64,000 nt of DNA from Callorhinchus milii (GCF_018977255.1 NW_024704743.1:4156001-4220000); one strand, 5' to 3'; shown: positions 52,560 through 64,000, numbered from the stretch's first letter. Notes: generated by a model from the sequence alone, not told the origin. Made by a program: numbers and translations.

Positions 52560-54950
52560 TGAATCTGACCTATTTGGGCGCAGCCAATGAATGAAGTGAA
52601 CGACCGATTTTTATTTGGGGGAATCGTTGGCCAGGAAAACTGGGAGAAACTCCCCTCTCTTTTCGAAGAGTGTCGCAGGCAACGTCCACCTCAGCAGGCA
52701 GACAGGGCTTAGGTTTAAGATCTCATCCAAAGGGAAAGCACCTCCGACGATGCAGAGTTCCTCCAACACTACGTTCGGAGTTGACGGCCTCAACTAGGAG
52801 CTAAAACGTGGGGCGTAGAGTCAGAACCCACAACCTTGTGGCTCAGAGCGAGAGCGCTACCAACTGAGCCGGACTGAACCAGTGAAGATGACTTGTACGT
52901 GTTTAATATGTTGTGGGCTTGTGACATCTACCCAAACTTAGCCTGTCCTAGGAACCTCAGAACCTCCTCACCTCCCTCCTCTCCTTCTCCTAGCACCTCT
53001 ATCTTCAATCATCTCCTCATCCTTCCCGAACCCGGCTGTGTCCTCCCCGGTGGCCTCTGCTCCTACATTTAAAAGGAATCCTGTGGGCTTTGCTGTTGCC
53101 AGTGCACCTCCTCCAATTCCAGTCGAAGTTCCTGCCATTCACCAGTCACGAAGGCAAAAAGCTTATTGATACAATTGAGTCATTCACAGAGCTCTCACAT
53201 CTTACAGACTTGCATGAAATTGCTATTCACCGTTACAACTTTCTCTAATAAAATACGGTTTATTGGATTTACACATTATCAGCTACAAATATACATCCCC
53301 AAGGGGAGATATATCGGTACCTTAATAAATGTCACAGACTCGATTTCCCTGCCCTTAGCATCGTGTGATAAGAATTTTCTTCTATGAAGTCAGGGTTAGT
53401 GAAAACTATTTCTGGCAGCTAATAAGTCACACACACACACACACAGAGACACAGACACACACCAGCTTCAGTCCAACGGCATCGATATTTTTCACACAAT
53501 ATCCTGTTCGTGTCGGGAAGCATCCAAAAAAAAAAAAAAATCAGAGCCCGAAGCTTTTCAACTCAATTTAAATCATTCTGACTTTCTCCGCAGTCACATT
53601 AGGAACTCTGCTCCGTACAATTGGCTTTGCAAATTCTCTCTTAATACGGTTTTGCTGGAATTTAAAAAGCCAAGTGGCTGAACGTCTTTTTTTTTGTTAA
53701 GACGCAGCGCTGAATCATCTGCTCATGGGAAGCAGAGGTGGAGTTGTTCCCTGATTTGCTGTTTAAATTGCATTGCTGTCGTTTCGTTTTGGTTAGCGTT
53801 GTCATTACTGACGCGGCTGTTCGTTGGGACATTGCAGTGCGCAAACGTTCACCCAGAAAACACACAAGTCACTCCACCACTACACAGTAAAATCCTGGGA
53901 AATGCTCTTGACACCTACTCCCGCTTGAAAGGCACTATACGAATAATAAAGATTATTATTATCATTATTATTTGACGGATATGTTGCAAGTATGAATTTG
54001 AACATCCTCAAAATTCTCCGGGACGTTCGACTCCCGTGTTTCCATCCCAGCAGATTCCCGGAAGCAAATATAATATTTTCTTTCCTCCATAAATTATGCA
54101 TCTGTGACATTCAGACATTTTTTTTCCCGTAGATGAGGTCACATCCCTGAAAGCAGGCTGATAACTTTTTTTTTTTTCGTAGGGATTTCAAAGGATTATA
54201 GCCTTTTCAAATTTATTCTTCAGTAGTATCTGAAATAATTTTCTATAGATAGCTTTGTGGTCACGTCAACAAAAGAAGCTATCCAGGCTTCATCTCGACC
54301 GGAGTGCTTTTATTTGAAGGGCGAAATCAATTGTGTGATGAAATAATAATAATAATAATAATCCTTGCATTTTGATATGCGCTTTTCACGTCAGGAAGGA
54401 CGTCTCGAAGCCCTTCACAGGGTTTCCAGTGAGCGCAGCGACCGCCTGTCGTGATCTTTAACATCCACCCGAACAGGCAGACATCTCACCTGCAGAGGTA
54501 GCATCTCCAGCAATGCAGCACACGCCCCCCCCCCCCCCCCCCCCACCCCCAAAGATTTAGCAGATCGTGGGTTCAAGCCCCGCTTCGGAACTATAAATTC
54601 ATGTCGTCAGGCTCGACACGCCAACGCGCTGCTGGGTAGATAACTGCGCTGTTCAGAGGTGCCGTGCTTCAGCTGAGACCATTAAACTGAGGTACCATCT
54701 GTAGGACGTTAAACATCCCACATGGCGCCACTTGAAAAGGAAGGGAGCCTCTGCTGGCGTCCGGGACCAAAAATCCCCCGAATAAAATGGGTCATTCACT
54801 TCACGGCCGTTTGTTGGGACGTTGCTGTGTGCAATTGGCTGCCACATTCGCCCACAAAACACACAGTCAATAATGTTGCAATAACTCCTGCTTTTGAGAT
54901 ATTCCCTTAATGTGAAAGGCGCTGTATCCAATGTAAGGATTGTAATTATT
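52560..54950. mobile_element. Deu-type SINE copies (- ~52560-52880; + ~54555-54950)
   Basis: Same core and head motifs as other Deu-type copies. Confidence 0.7.
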
Positions 54951-55649
54951 ATACATTGGCACTGCCTGTATATCCTCAGCTCAGTGAGGTCCCAGAGTCA
55001 CAGAGGTGGGAGATAGACCATTCGTTCCTGCGCCAGATTCTTGGCACCAAGAACGTTTATGGGATATTTTCCGCATGGAGACGTGGAGCCTGATGATTTA
55101 CACGGCGCTTTTCGAAGCACCACTGAAAATCACAGCACAAACCGGATACCGGATTATTACTGTTACACCTTCCATTTAGTTTCGAGCCTTTTTTGCTTTC
55201 AGACGTCTGTATTCACAGTGGTTCGGTTTTAGAAACTCTTAAGTAAGCAGTCTCGATTTACGCCCCCAAAATACACCGTCAAATTCACTTTACAATATAT
55301 GCTGTGAAGCACTTTGAGGCGTCTCAACGAAATGACAAGGCTCTATATCAAATGTCAGGATTATTATATCACCATTATCATTATTATTGGGTTTCTGACC
55401 TCAAATGAAAGTCTTATAGCAGCTTCCAAGGGTGAAACCTGGTTAACTGCCGAGATCTAATGCGAAACCTTTGTGACTCATACGTACACAGAAGCTTAAA
55501 ACTTGTATTTTCAGACTTACAATCAATTGCAATACGAAAATAAGCACTAATTGTTACTTCAACTCTGCAAAACACAACGTAAAGAGAAGGGAGTTTTTCC
55601 CAATTTACTGGTCAACAATTCACAGATAAAACATTTTATTTGCATGGCC

Positions 55650-55852
55650 TGAAAGGGTGCTGGAAGCCGATTCGATGACAACTTTTAAGAGAGGAGTAGA
55701 TAATTATTTGGGGAGGACAAGTTTGCGGGGCTGTGGGGAGAGAGCGCGGGGGAAGTGGGATTGATTTGGATAGCTCTTTTCAAAGAGCCGGCACAGATAC
55801 GATGGGCCGAATGGCCTCCTTCTGCGCTGTATAATTCTTTGATTCCTATGAT
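55650..55852 (+). mobile_element. CR1 3' terminal fragment
   Basis: gatgggccgaatggcctccttctgcgctgta..ttc.atgattc CR1-type 3' end; similar ends near 14270, 27490, 33700, 49810. Confidence 0.7.
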
Positions 55853-55879
55853 TTACCGAGTTTGACGTACAAATAGAGA

Positions 55880-56820
55880 ACAACAACAACAACATTACAT
55901 CTGTACAGCGCCTTTCACATCGGGAGGACTTCCCAAGACACTGGACAATCCGTGTTTCGGAACCCGAGCTGGGGGTCGGGATCGGGGAGGGTGGAGGACA
56001 GGAGTGGGAGGAGAGTGACCGAAGGCACGGTCAAAGAGGAGGGGCTTGAGATGGGCCGTGAAGGAGGCGAGGGAGGTGGCAAGGCAGAGGGACTGCGGGA
56101 TTGCGTTCCAGAGGGTGGGGGCAGAGTGGTTGAAGGCCCGCCCGCCAATGGTGGGGCCGGCGAGGTGGGGGGACGTGAAGCAGGCCAGAGCCCGCTGAGC
56201 AGAGGGAGCAGGACGGTAGGGCATTAGAAGGTCACAGAGGTAGTGGGGGAGCAAGACCATGGAGGGCTTTGAAGGTGAGGACCAGGATCTTGAACTGTAT
56301 CCTCTGTGTGATGGGAAGCCAGTGGAGTCGGGCGAGGATGGGGGTGACAGGGGTCAGGGAGCCCGGTGCGGGAGAGGACACGGGCTGCAGAGTTCTGGCT
56401 GATCCGCAGCCCGTGGAGGGAGGAGTTGGGGAGGCCGACAAGCAGGGAGTTTGCGTAGTTGAGCCTGGATGGTACGAATATGTGTCTGAGGATGTCGAGG
56501 GCCTGCGGTGTGAGACCGTGTCGGAGCCGGGCGACATTGCGGAGATGGGGGAAGGGGGGAATGGGGGAAGGTCATGGCACGGATGTGAGGTTGAAAGGAC
56601 AGTTGAGGGTCAAACAAGACCCCAGGCTTCCGGACTGGCTTAGCAAAGTGGAGTGTGCTACCATGGATGGTGATGCTGTCAGCGTCCGAGGTGAGGAGGC
56701 GCTGACGGGAGTCAATCAGGAAAGCCTCGGCCTTGTTGACGTTCAACTGTAGAAAGTTCGCTCCCATCCAGGACTCGATGTCTGACAGACAGTCTGTGAG
56801 GACAGCAGTGGTCCTGGAGT
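55880..56820 (-). mobile_element. L2-clade LINE 3' fragment
   Basis: ANFLQLNVNKAEA, LARLHWLPITQRIQFKILVLTFKALHGLAP, GGRAF..APTLWN; (caa)n tail. Confidence 0.92.
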
Positions 56821-57016
56821 CGAGAACGATTCAAGGATTCCTATTATTTCTTATTAATATGGGCACATCTGTTGTCCCCCTGTCATGCGTGGAACACGAG
56901 ACTCATATCAACCAGCAGCTGTGTGAGTGAAGCAGAGATTGATCCACAGATAATTCTAGCGTTTATATGGAATTCTACTTTTACCTTCTACTTTTAGGTT
57001 TCATGGGTATCGGCCC

Positions 57017-57260
57017 ATAAGTAGGAACCCGGTTGTTAGTCGATTGGTGCTATTCCGGGGGTAATAATTCCTTAAAAAATATATAATAATAAATTTGGGC
57101 ACTCAATCCACGGGTGTTTGTGGGGGACGCTGCTGTGCGTAATTGACAGCCACGTTTCGCCCACAAAATATACACTTTACAGTCTATCCTGTGAAGCGCT
57201 TTGAGACGTCTCGAAGACGTGATAAGGCGCTATATCAAATGCAAGGATTATTATTACTAT
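57017..57260 (+). mobile_element. SINE, 5'-truncated
   Basis: Middle segment, body, tail. Confidence 0.85.
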
Positions 57261-57838
57261 ATAGTGAAAAATAACCCAACAACTTGCAGAATGACAAACA
57301 ATGTGGTTTTAGCCGGTTAGTTTCCAGCAGTTAACTTCCATCCCAACAATCTATCGCTGTGATTTCTACGTGTAAGGTGCGCGGAATTCTATATTTGACC
57401 AAGAAAACAAAATAATGATCCTTGCATTTGATATAGCTCCTTTAACATCAGGAGGACGCCTGAAAGAACGTCACGGGATTTTCACAGGAAGGCGTAGCGA
57501 CTGTGTTTTTTACAGGCGAAAAGATTTATAATGAAATCCCTCCTCTTCTCCCTCCCCTCGGTGTGTATCTCCCTCGGAATCACTTCTGTTGGCTGATTAT
57601 AATAGCCTTTGCTTTCGATGTAACATTGGAACGTCACTGAGATTCTGGATCCTTGTAGAATTTCAGTCAGTGCAACACAATATACATTTACGTGGCTCCT
57701 TACAAATTGGGAGGATGCTCCAAAGAGCCTTGACAAGCCTTGGCTGGGCGACAACACTGAGGGTGTAAGCCGAGGGGGTGCGGGGGGGGGGGGGGGGGGG
57801 GTACGATCAAAGGAGTATGATTTGAGACATGCCTTGAA

Positions 57839-58062
57839 AGGAGGGAGGGAGGGAGGGAGGGAAGGAAGGAAGGAAGGAAGGAAGGAAGGAAGGAAAGGAA
57901 GGAAGGAAGGAAGGAAGGAAAGGAAGGAAAGGAAGGAAGGAAGGAAGGAAGGAAAGAAGGAAAGAAGGAAGGAAGGAAGGAAGGAAGGGAAGAAAGGAAG
58001 GAAGGAAGGAAGGAAGGAAGGAAGGAAGGAAGGAAGGAAGGAAAGGAAGGAAGGAAGGAAGG
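57839..58062. repeat. (GGGA)n/(GGAA)n polypurine microsatellite, ~220 nt, within an antisense L2 remnant
   Basis: Direct reading; flanks match the L2 3' region. Confidence 0.95.
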
Positions 58063-58215
58063 TACTAAGTAGCTGAAAGCCTGCCTGCCGATGGTGGGGC
58101 AGTTGGAAAGAGAGAGAGAGAGAGGGAGAGCACAATGTGGAGTAGAACCAGCGTGTCAGCCGAGCGAAGGAAACGGTTGGATCGGTACGGGGCAAAGGGA
58201 GGTAACCGCTCAACT

Positions 58216-58251
<36 letters not shown>

Positions 58252-58501
58252 ACAGCAACAACAGTGGTTCTAGAAGCCTTCGAACTCTTCCCTCCTCTCA
58301 AGGGGGAAGAGTCGCCGAGGCCCGTCCGATCGACGAGACGTTCGGCAGATGAAATCGTTCGCGAGGACGAAAGCGCGGAGGGTTGTGGGGGGGGGGGCGG
58401 GGAGGGGGGGGCGCGGCGGTGGGGGGGGGGATGCGACGCAGCTGTTTTAAGAGTTTGCCGTTCGTGACGGCTGATTCGTTTTGTTTTGTTCTCCTCCGCA
58501 G

Positions 58502-58678
58502 CTGAGCACACGGCCTTCGAACCATCGGGGGATTCCGTCCTTGTATTGCGAAGCGAAACTGGCAGCGGAAAGCCACCAAGCTGTCAAACAACAGCTGTTT
58601 AAGGCATTGCAGAAAGCCGGCCTGGGCACGTGGGTGAGGAAGCCACCAGAGCAGGATTATTTCCTGTTGGCTTTGTAA
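58502..58678 (+). CDS. ADARB2: ADARB2 last coding exon (177 nt incl. TAA): [58 protein letters not shown]
   Basis: Acceptor ctcctccgcag|CTG; C-terminal W..KP.EQ ADAR motif; stop TAA at 58676-58678. Confidence 0.95.
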   Translation: MSTRPSNHRGIPSLYCEAKLAAESHQAVKQQLFKALQKAGLGTWVRKPPEQDYFLLAL

Positions 58679-58691
58679 AGACGACCGCGAC

Positions 58692-58757
58692 GAGAGAGAG
58701 AGAGAGAGACGATGTTCAAAGTTAAGGCGAACTTGTGGGCGAAAGGGCAAAATGTTA

Positions 58758-58808
<51 letters not shown>

Positions 58809-58830
58809 AACAACAACAACAACAACAACA
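58692..58830. repeat. (GA)n and (CAA)n microsatellites at the start of the 3' UTR
   Basis: Direct reading; (caa)n is the tail of an antisense L2 end. Confidence 0.9.
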
Positions 58831-59632
58831 AGATTCCATTTATAAAGGGCCTTTCACGTCAGGCGGACGTCCCAAGGCGCTAAAACACCCACCCGACTTT
58901 TTTCTTCTGAAGACCTCCCCGCCACCACCCCCTCCCCACGAAGTCAACACCCAAAACCACCCACCCCACCACCCCCACCCCCCCCCCACCCACCCCCTGA
59001 CTCTCAGTTTCCAACCTTTACTCCCAGATCGACGGCGTCCGTTCAAAGACGCTCTCTACGGTGATGTAGAAGTACACAGAGAGACACAGAGAGAGAGAGA
59101 GAGAGAAACAGAGACAGAGAGAGAGAGAGTGAGAGAAAGATGATGATGCTCTTTCCCTCCTCCCCGTAAGGAAATTCCCAACGGGGGGGGGGAGAGGGGA
59201 CACGGGAAAAAAAAAACACGCCGAAAAATCAGGAGGATGCAGACCGGTAGGGGAAGAGGGTGACTAATTAGGCAGTGATTTCTAACTCAATTCCTTTACA
59301 CGGAAATCCGGGGCGACGCGTAGAGTCATCGAAATCATAGGAATTCAATGCAATGGCTCCCGAAGCAAGATTTTCGTTCAATCCCACTGCCCTGCCTTAT
59401 CCCGATACCGCTACGAACCTCTATCCCGTCTACTTCCCTCTTGAAACCCACCACATGCTCTGCCGCCACACGGCAGCCCCCTTGCCTCGAAGACGCGATG
59501 AGGCGCTATATCAAATGCAAGGATTATTAATATTATTATTAAAGATTTCTCCCAAGCTCTCCTTTCTGCGACTCTTTTCTATCCGGCACCCAGGCCCTGG
59601 GAACTCCGCTCGATCTTACTTGTTGCACCTTG

Positions 59633-59975
59633 GAGGCCCTGTCGCGTATTCGTCAGAGAGAGGACCCGGGATCGATTCCCCGGTGGTGCGAAACCTTAGG
59701 CAAGTTTCCTTACTCCACACACCTCTGGTTACCCAGCAGTAAATAGGAACCCGGTCGGTAAACGCTTTCCGCAGGTGAATAAACCCTTCAAAAAAAATAA
59801 ATCGGCCACTCCAATCCACGACTGTTTGTGGGGGACGCTCCTGTGCGCAACTGGCCCTCGCCTTTCGCCCACAAAATACACAGTCAATACACTTTACAGT
59901 ATATCCTGTGAAGCGCTTTGAGACGACTCAGTGACATATGCTATATCAAATGCAGGGATTATTATTATTATTATT
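59633..59975 (+). mobile_element. tRNA-headed SINE in putative 3' UTR
   Basis: Degenerate head, body, (TTA)n tail. Confidence 0.85.
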
Positions 59976-62007
59976 ACCTTAAATCCCGTAAATCCTGATG
60001 ACCTCCAAGTTACCGAATGGAATGACCACTGATATTCCTGACCGAGGAATCTGGTTAGAAATCACTGTACATTAGATCTCAGGAGCAGGCAGCTGGCTCG
60101 CCAAATGGTATGGCAAGCACTTTGCAGTCGAAATAAATTGCACGACCCATTTTACATCTGTCTCTCCGAACATTTGCCTCTGTTGGCGGCTGTTTAATGC
60201 ATTTTGTCTCGTGGCACAATGGGTCCCTTATTATTAATCTGTCGGTCTTCTGAAGCACAAGTTAGCAGGTCTTTGCTCTGACTGTTATTCGTTCGAAAAA
60301 TTCCATTCTGGTTGTATAAAGTCCGAGTTCAAAGTAATTAAAGCAAAGGCTGTCTCATAAAACTCAATCCCGATTTATTTGGGGGGCCATCCGAGTTATT
60401 GTTTAAGTTGAATTTGACTGTGCCATTGTCTGTGTCTCGTTGGGATGTGCTGCGTCCGAGAGAATGTGTTGGGCGATGGAATGTCAATGTCCATTCGGCC
60501 TTTATTTGGTTGTCTCAGTTCTGGCATTTGATCCGGGCAGATCCACAAGAGTCCAAAACGCAGCTATCGACAGACCAGCCAGCCCGGCTCATGGGCAGAT
60601 GACACGAGCATAAGAGTTTGCTGGACAACAGAAGACTAAGGTCCATCCAGTTTGCCTTCCAACCAGCCTGGCAGTCGCTTGAACATGTCATGACCCAACC
60701 TATATACTGTATATTATTTCCCATTAAGAACATTACTCCCCATAAAAACATGAGGCAGGTTTTGGAAGGGGCAGATCAGTCACTGGCGGGGGGCTGGGGG
60801 CGGGGGGTGGAGTGGGGGGACGCAGGGAATTTTCCCCCACTCGGTTCTTGTTTACCCTACAACCCAAAGTCCTGATGGACAGTGCTTGCTCTCAATAGCA
60901 GGCTGGTTTAGTTGGTTAAGCACTTATCCCAACCAACACTAAGTAGTCCCGAAATCTTAGCTCCTTCCAACCTGTGCCTAACACCCTCCAGAGTTAGAGT
61001 AGGAGCATTTCCACGATGTTAGTTTACCTAACAGTAAATGGGAACCCAGTCGTTAGTCGATTGACGGATTGCTTTCCGAGGGTAATAATCCCTTAAAACG
61101 AAAAACATTCGGCCACTCAATCCCCGACTGTTTGTGGGACACTGCTGTGTGCAATTTTGGCTGCCGAAAAATATACAATCAACTCTGTGAAGCCATTCGA
61201 AATGTCTCGAAGACGTGATAAGGCGCTACATCGAATGCAAGGATCGTTATTATTATTACCATTAAGGGCACCCACCTCACAGGTAGATGTTTTGCTTCAA
61301 TGTGTTGTCCGCCATTGATTTCTCCGTTAAAACAAAGAAAAAGATTGATTTTTTTTTTGCTTTGAACAGGCATTCCTTGCGGATCCAAACAGCAAATATC
61401 GGATTGATGCCAAACCTCGCGTTGTCCATGATTTTTAAAGTCCTAACAACGTGTGAGGGAGGTGAGGGGTGGGAAGGAGGGGGGTGGGAACGGACGGCTG
61501 TATTTTCATCCATTACCTTCAGTTTCTCTCTAAATATACAAAACAAAAACACACTCTGGGAAGCAAAATGAAAAGTACCATTGTCGGAGGTGCTGACAAT
61601 CTTCCCACCCACCCCCCCTACCCCCACCCCCCCCCCAATAAAATTGGTCACTCACTGTTTGTGGGATTGCTGTGTGCAACTGGGTCGCTCACAAAATACA
61701 CTTTACAGTACACCCTGTGAGGCGCTTTGAGACGTCTCGATGGCGCGAAAGGCATTGGATTCAAACGCAAAGATTGTTATCGGAATCGGGCTCAAGTCTC
61801 GGCGGATGGAGGCCGAGGTGGGGAAGTTAGGGTTAACCCACTGCGGATCGCAAAAACAGTAAGATAATAATAAAAAAATAATATTATTATTGTAACATTC
61901 GTTTATCCCACCTCGGGTTGCGATAAAACCAGCTGCCACCTCGAGTACCGTTCAGATCGGTGTCGATTCCAACGCCAGAACCAGCACTCGGTTTCCACTT
62001 CGAACAG

Positions 62008-62188
62008 TAACAAACCTTTGCATTCGGTACGGCCCCTCATCACGTCTTCGAGACGTCTCAAAGCGCTTCGCAGAATATACCGTGAAGCGAATTGACTGTA
62101 TGTTTGTGGGCGGAACAGCGGTAGCCAATTGCGCACAGCAGCGTCCCCGCAAACGGTCGCGGATTGAAGTGACCAATTTATTATTATT
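62008..62188 (-). mobile_element. SINE 3' half in putative 3' UTR, antisense
   Basis: Reverse complement of family body and tail. Confidence 0.85.
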
Positions 62189-62540
62189 TCACTTGCCAAG
62201 TAACGCTATTGCCATCTCCTATTTTATGTTGCCGCCTTGGCCAGCTGGTTGGTAGAAGGCCCGGCCAGGAGAGAGAGTGAGAGAGCGAGAGAGCGAGAGA
62301 GAGAGAAAAACATATCTGACTTGCTGGACGCTTTCTGATATTTTTACTGTCTTCATTTTGAAAATTTCATATTTAACAAACGTGAAAAAGAAAAGGAAAG
62401 GGATGACTATTACCTTGTCATGTGCCGCAGTGCGTAAGAAGATTGGGGTTCTTTTACATGGCTCTGTTAGCGTTGGATGATATGAACTGTTTTTTGGAGT
62501 GGGTGCGAGGGAGGGAGGGAGGGAGGGAGGGAGGAAAAAA

Positions 62541-62625
62541 TGTAAAAAAAAATGTAGAATGCAAGTCGAGCCGTGTATATAATAAAATATTGAACGCGCA
62601 GCCTTAAAATACTAATGTCCTGTTG
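62541..62625 (+). terminator. Candidate cleavage/polyadenylation signal for ADARB2 (would give a ~3.9 kb 3' UTR)
   Basis: AATAAA at 62581-62586 in non-repeat sequence, preceded by three TGTA (CFIm-type) motifs at 62541, 62553 and 62574, with a TGTCCTGTTG element downstream. Confidence 0.45.
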
Positions 62626-63234
62626 AAACGTACACAAACCACAACCGATGAAGCCGTTTGGTTTCCACCGGGACCTCAGTTTCCAGTTTACTCTGGAGTC
62701 TCACCAAACCGCTTTTGGTGCCGCTCGATCCACGACTGTTTGTGGGACAGCCCTGTGCGCAATCGGCTGCCTCGTTTCTCCCCGGAAAATACAAGGCCAC
62801 GCCACTCGACAGTATATTCTGCCAAGCGCTCTGAGACGTTTCAACGACGGGTGCGAAGGGGAACGGAAGGCGTAACGGCCAGGGGTGTCGTCTTGTCCTT
62901 TGTGCGGTATCTTCTTTTCTTCTCTTGTCTTCTTTCCCGGGTCTGTCACAGTAACATCGTGTGAAGCACTTTGAGGGGGTCGGGACGCGGTGATAAGGCA
63001 CTATGCCGGACGCAAGGATTATTTCGGCTTCCCAGAAACGGGGGGGGAACCATCTCAATACAGAAGTTGAAGCGTTTCGTTCAAAAAGGAGCCAGCGTAG
63101 GGGGACAGCTTCGAGGTCTCCACCGTCACACACCCTTGTTGGTGGCTGAGTCACTCCTCACCCTCCAAAACATGCTTCCCATTGGCGCACACTGTAGTGT
63201 TGTAACCACAGCCAACAGCAAGGACCAGTGTCTT

Positions 63235-63600
63235 AACAACAACAACATCAACAACACATTACATTTGCATAGGGCCTTTCACATCAGGCGGACGTCCCGA
63301 AGCCCTGGACAGCCCTCGAAGAGGAGGGACTTGAGACCGGTTTTGAAGGAGGCAAGAGAGGGGGTTGAGGCAGAGGGAGTTGAGGCGGAGGGAGTTCCAG
63401 AGGGTCAGGGGGGCAGAGAGGCTGAAGGTCCGCCCGCCAATGGTGGGGGGGCGGACGAGGAGGGGAGGACGTGAAGCAGGCCGGAGCCCATTGAATGGAG
63501 GGAGCGGGCAGGTTGGAAGGGGCTTCAGGAGGTCACAGAGGTAGGGGGGGAGCAAGGCCGTGGATGGCTTTGAAGGTGAGGACCAGGATCGTGAACTGTA
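63235..63600 (-). mobile_element. L2 3' end fragment
   Basis: (caa)n tail, TIGGRTFSLSAPLTLWNSL. Confidence 0.85.
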
Positions 63601-64000
63601 CTGAGCGTCTCGGCTGGGATCTTGCTGCAATGTTGTCGTCTGAAAGTCGTCGCGTCTGTCGTGATCACATCTGATGTGACGTCTGACGATTTCTGACGTC
63701 TCTCACGACTTCAGGCGTCGACAGGGCTGTGTGTTCCCTTGTGTGAAGTAAAGGTGCGGTACATCATAACAACAACAACATAGTCAATCAAAGAGCTTCA
63801 CAGGATTTACCGTAAGTACAGCGACTGTGTATTTTGTAGGGTTGTCTGGGCGTTAGACCGGTTCTAAAATTGTTACCAACTACACATTCGTATAACGGAT
63901 GGTGTTCGGCCATTATCTGGATGAAAATATTTTTATCAGCCAATAATATTCAATCATCCCAACCTCCTTTTTTTCAAAACGCTTTTACCAGGACCTCTCT

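Larger units (their letters stand above)
4301..58678 (+). other. ADARB2: ADARB2 (ADAR3) gene, 3' portion: 7 coding exons encoding the adenosine deaminase domain; 5' exons (R-domain, dsRBDs) lie upstream of the window
   Basis: Exons of 115,169,152,169,182,179,177 nt join in one frame with consistent phases and GT-AG junctions. The translation has ADAR3-type segments ([77 protein letters not shown]) rather than ADAR2-type ones. Confidence 0.93.

Noticed and set aside
57482..58261. 259-aa ORF on minus strand
   Set aside because: Open only because it runs through (TTCC)n and (TC)n microsatellites
4301..58678. Assignment as ADARB1 (ADAR2)
   Set aside because: Despite some ADAR2-like residues, diagnostic segments ([66 protein letters not shown]) follow ADAR3
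58805..58810. AATAAA as the main polyA signal
   Set aside because: Sits at the junction of (GA)n and an L2 (CAA)n tail with no downstream GU/U-rich element; cannot be excluded but is weaker than 62581
60115..60123. AAGCACTTT miR-17/miR-430-type seed match in putative 3' UTR
   Set aside because: A single short match is expected by chance in ~4 kb; no conservation data
1..64000. CRISPR-like array or prokaryotic defence system
   Set aside because: Repeats are dispersed, in both orientations and irregularly spaced; the sequence is a spliced vertebrate locus

Overview
Eukaryotic (vertebrate) genomic DNA. The SINE/LINE repertoire suggests a cartilaginous fish, probably a holocephalan such as elephant shark (inference, not searched). 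The window holds the 3' half of an ADARB2 (ADAR3) gene on the + strand: seven GT-AG coding exons (4301-4415, 10963-11131, 21338-21489, 21959-22127, 41426-41607, 47733-47911, 58502-58678). Together they give 1143 nt = 380 aa + stop in one continuous frame, covering the A-to-I deaminase domain. A candidate 3' UTR runs to about 62.6 kb. The introns are dense in tRNA-headed SINEs, older Deu-type SINEs, L2 and CR1 LINE fragments and microsatellites. Main leads: (1) two near-identical, inverted SINE copies bracket the catalytic CHAE exon; (2) a short exon-intron duplex is centred on the Gln codon where active ADAR2 has Arg; (3) this ADAR3 keeps ADAR2-like residues at several positions implicated in ADAR3 inactivity; (4) a dispersed repeat family I do not recognise. 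No prokaryotic systems, CRISPR arrays or clear RNA genes were found. Repeat boundaries are read by eye and are approximate.
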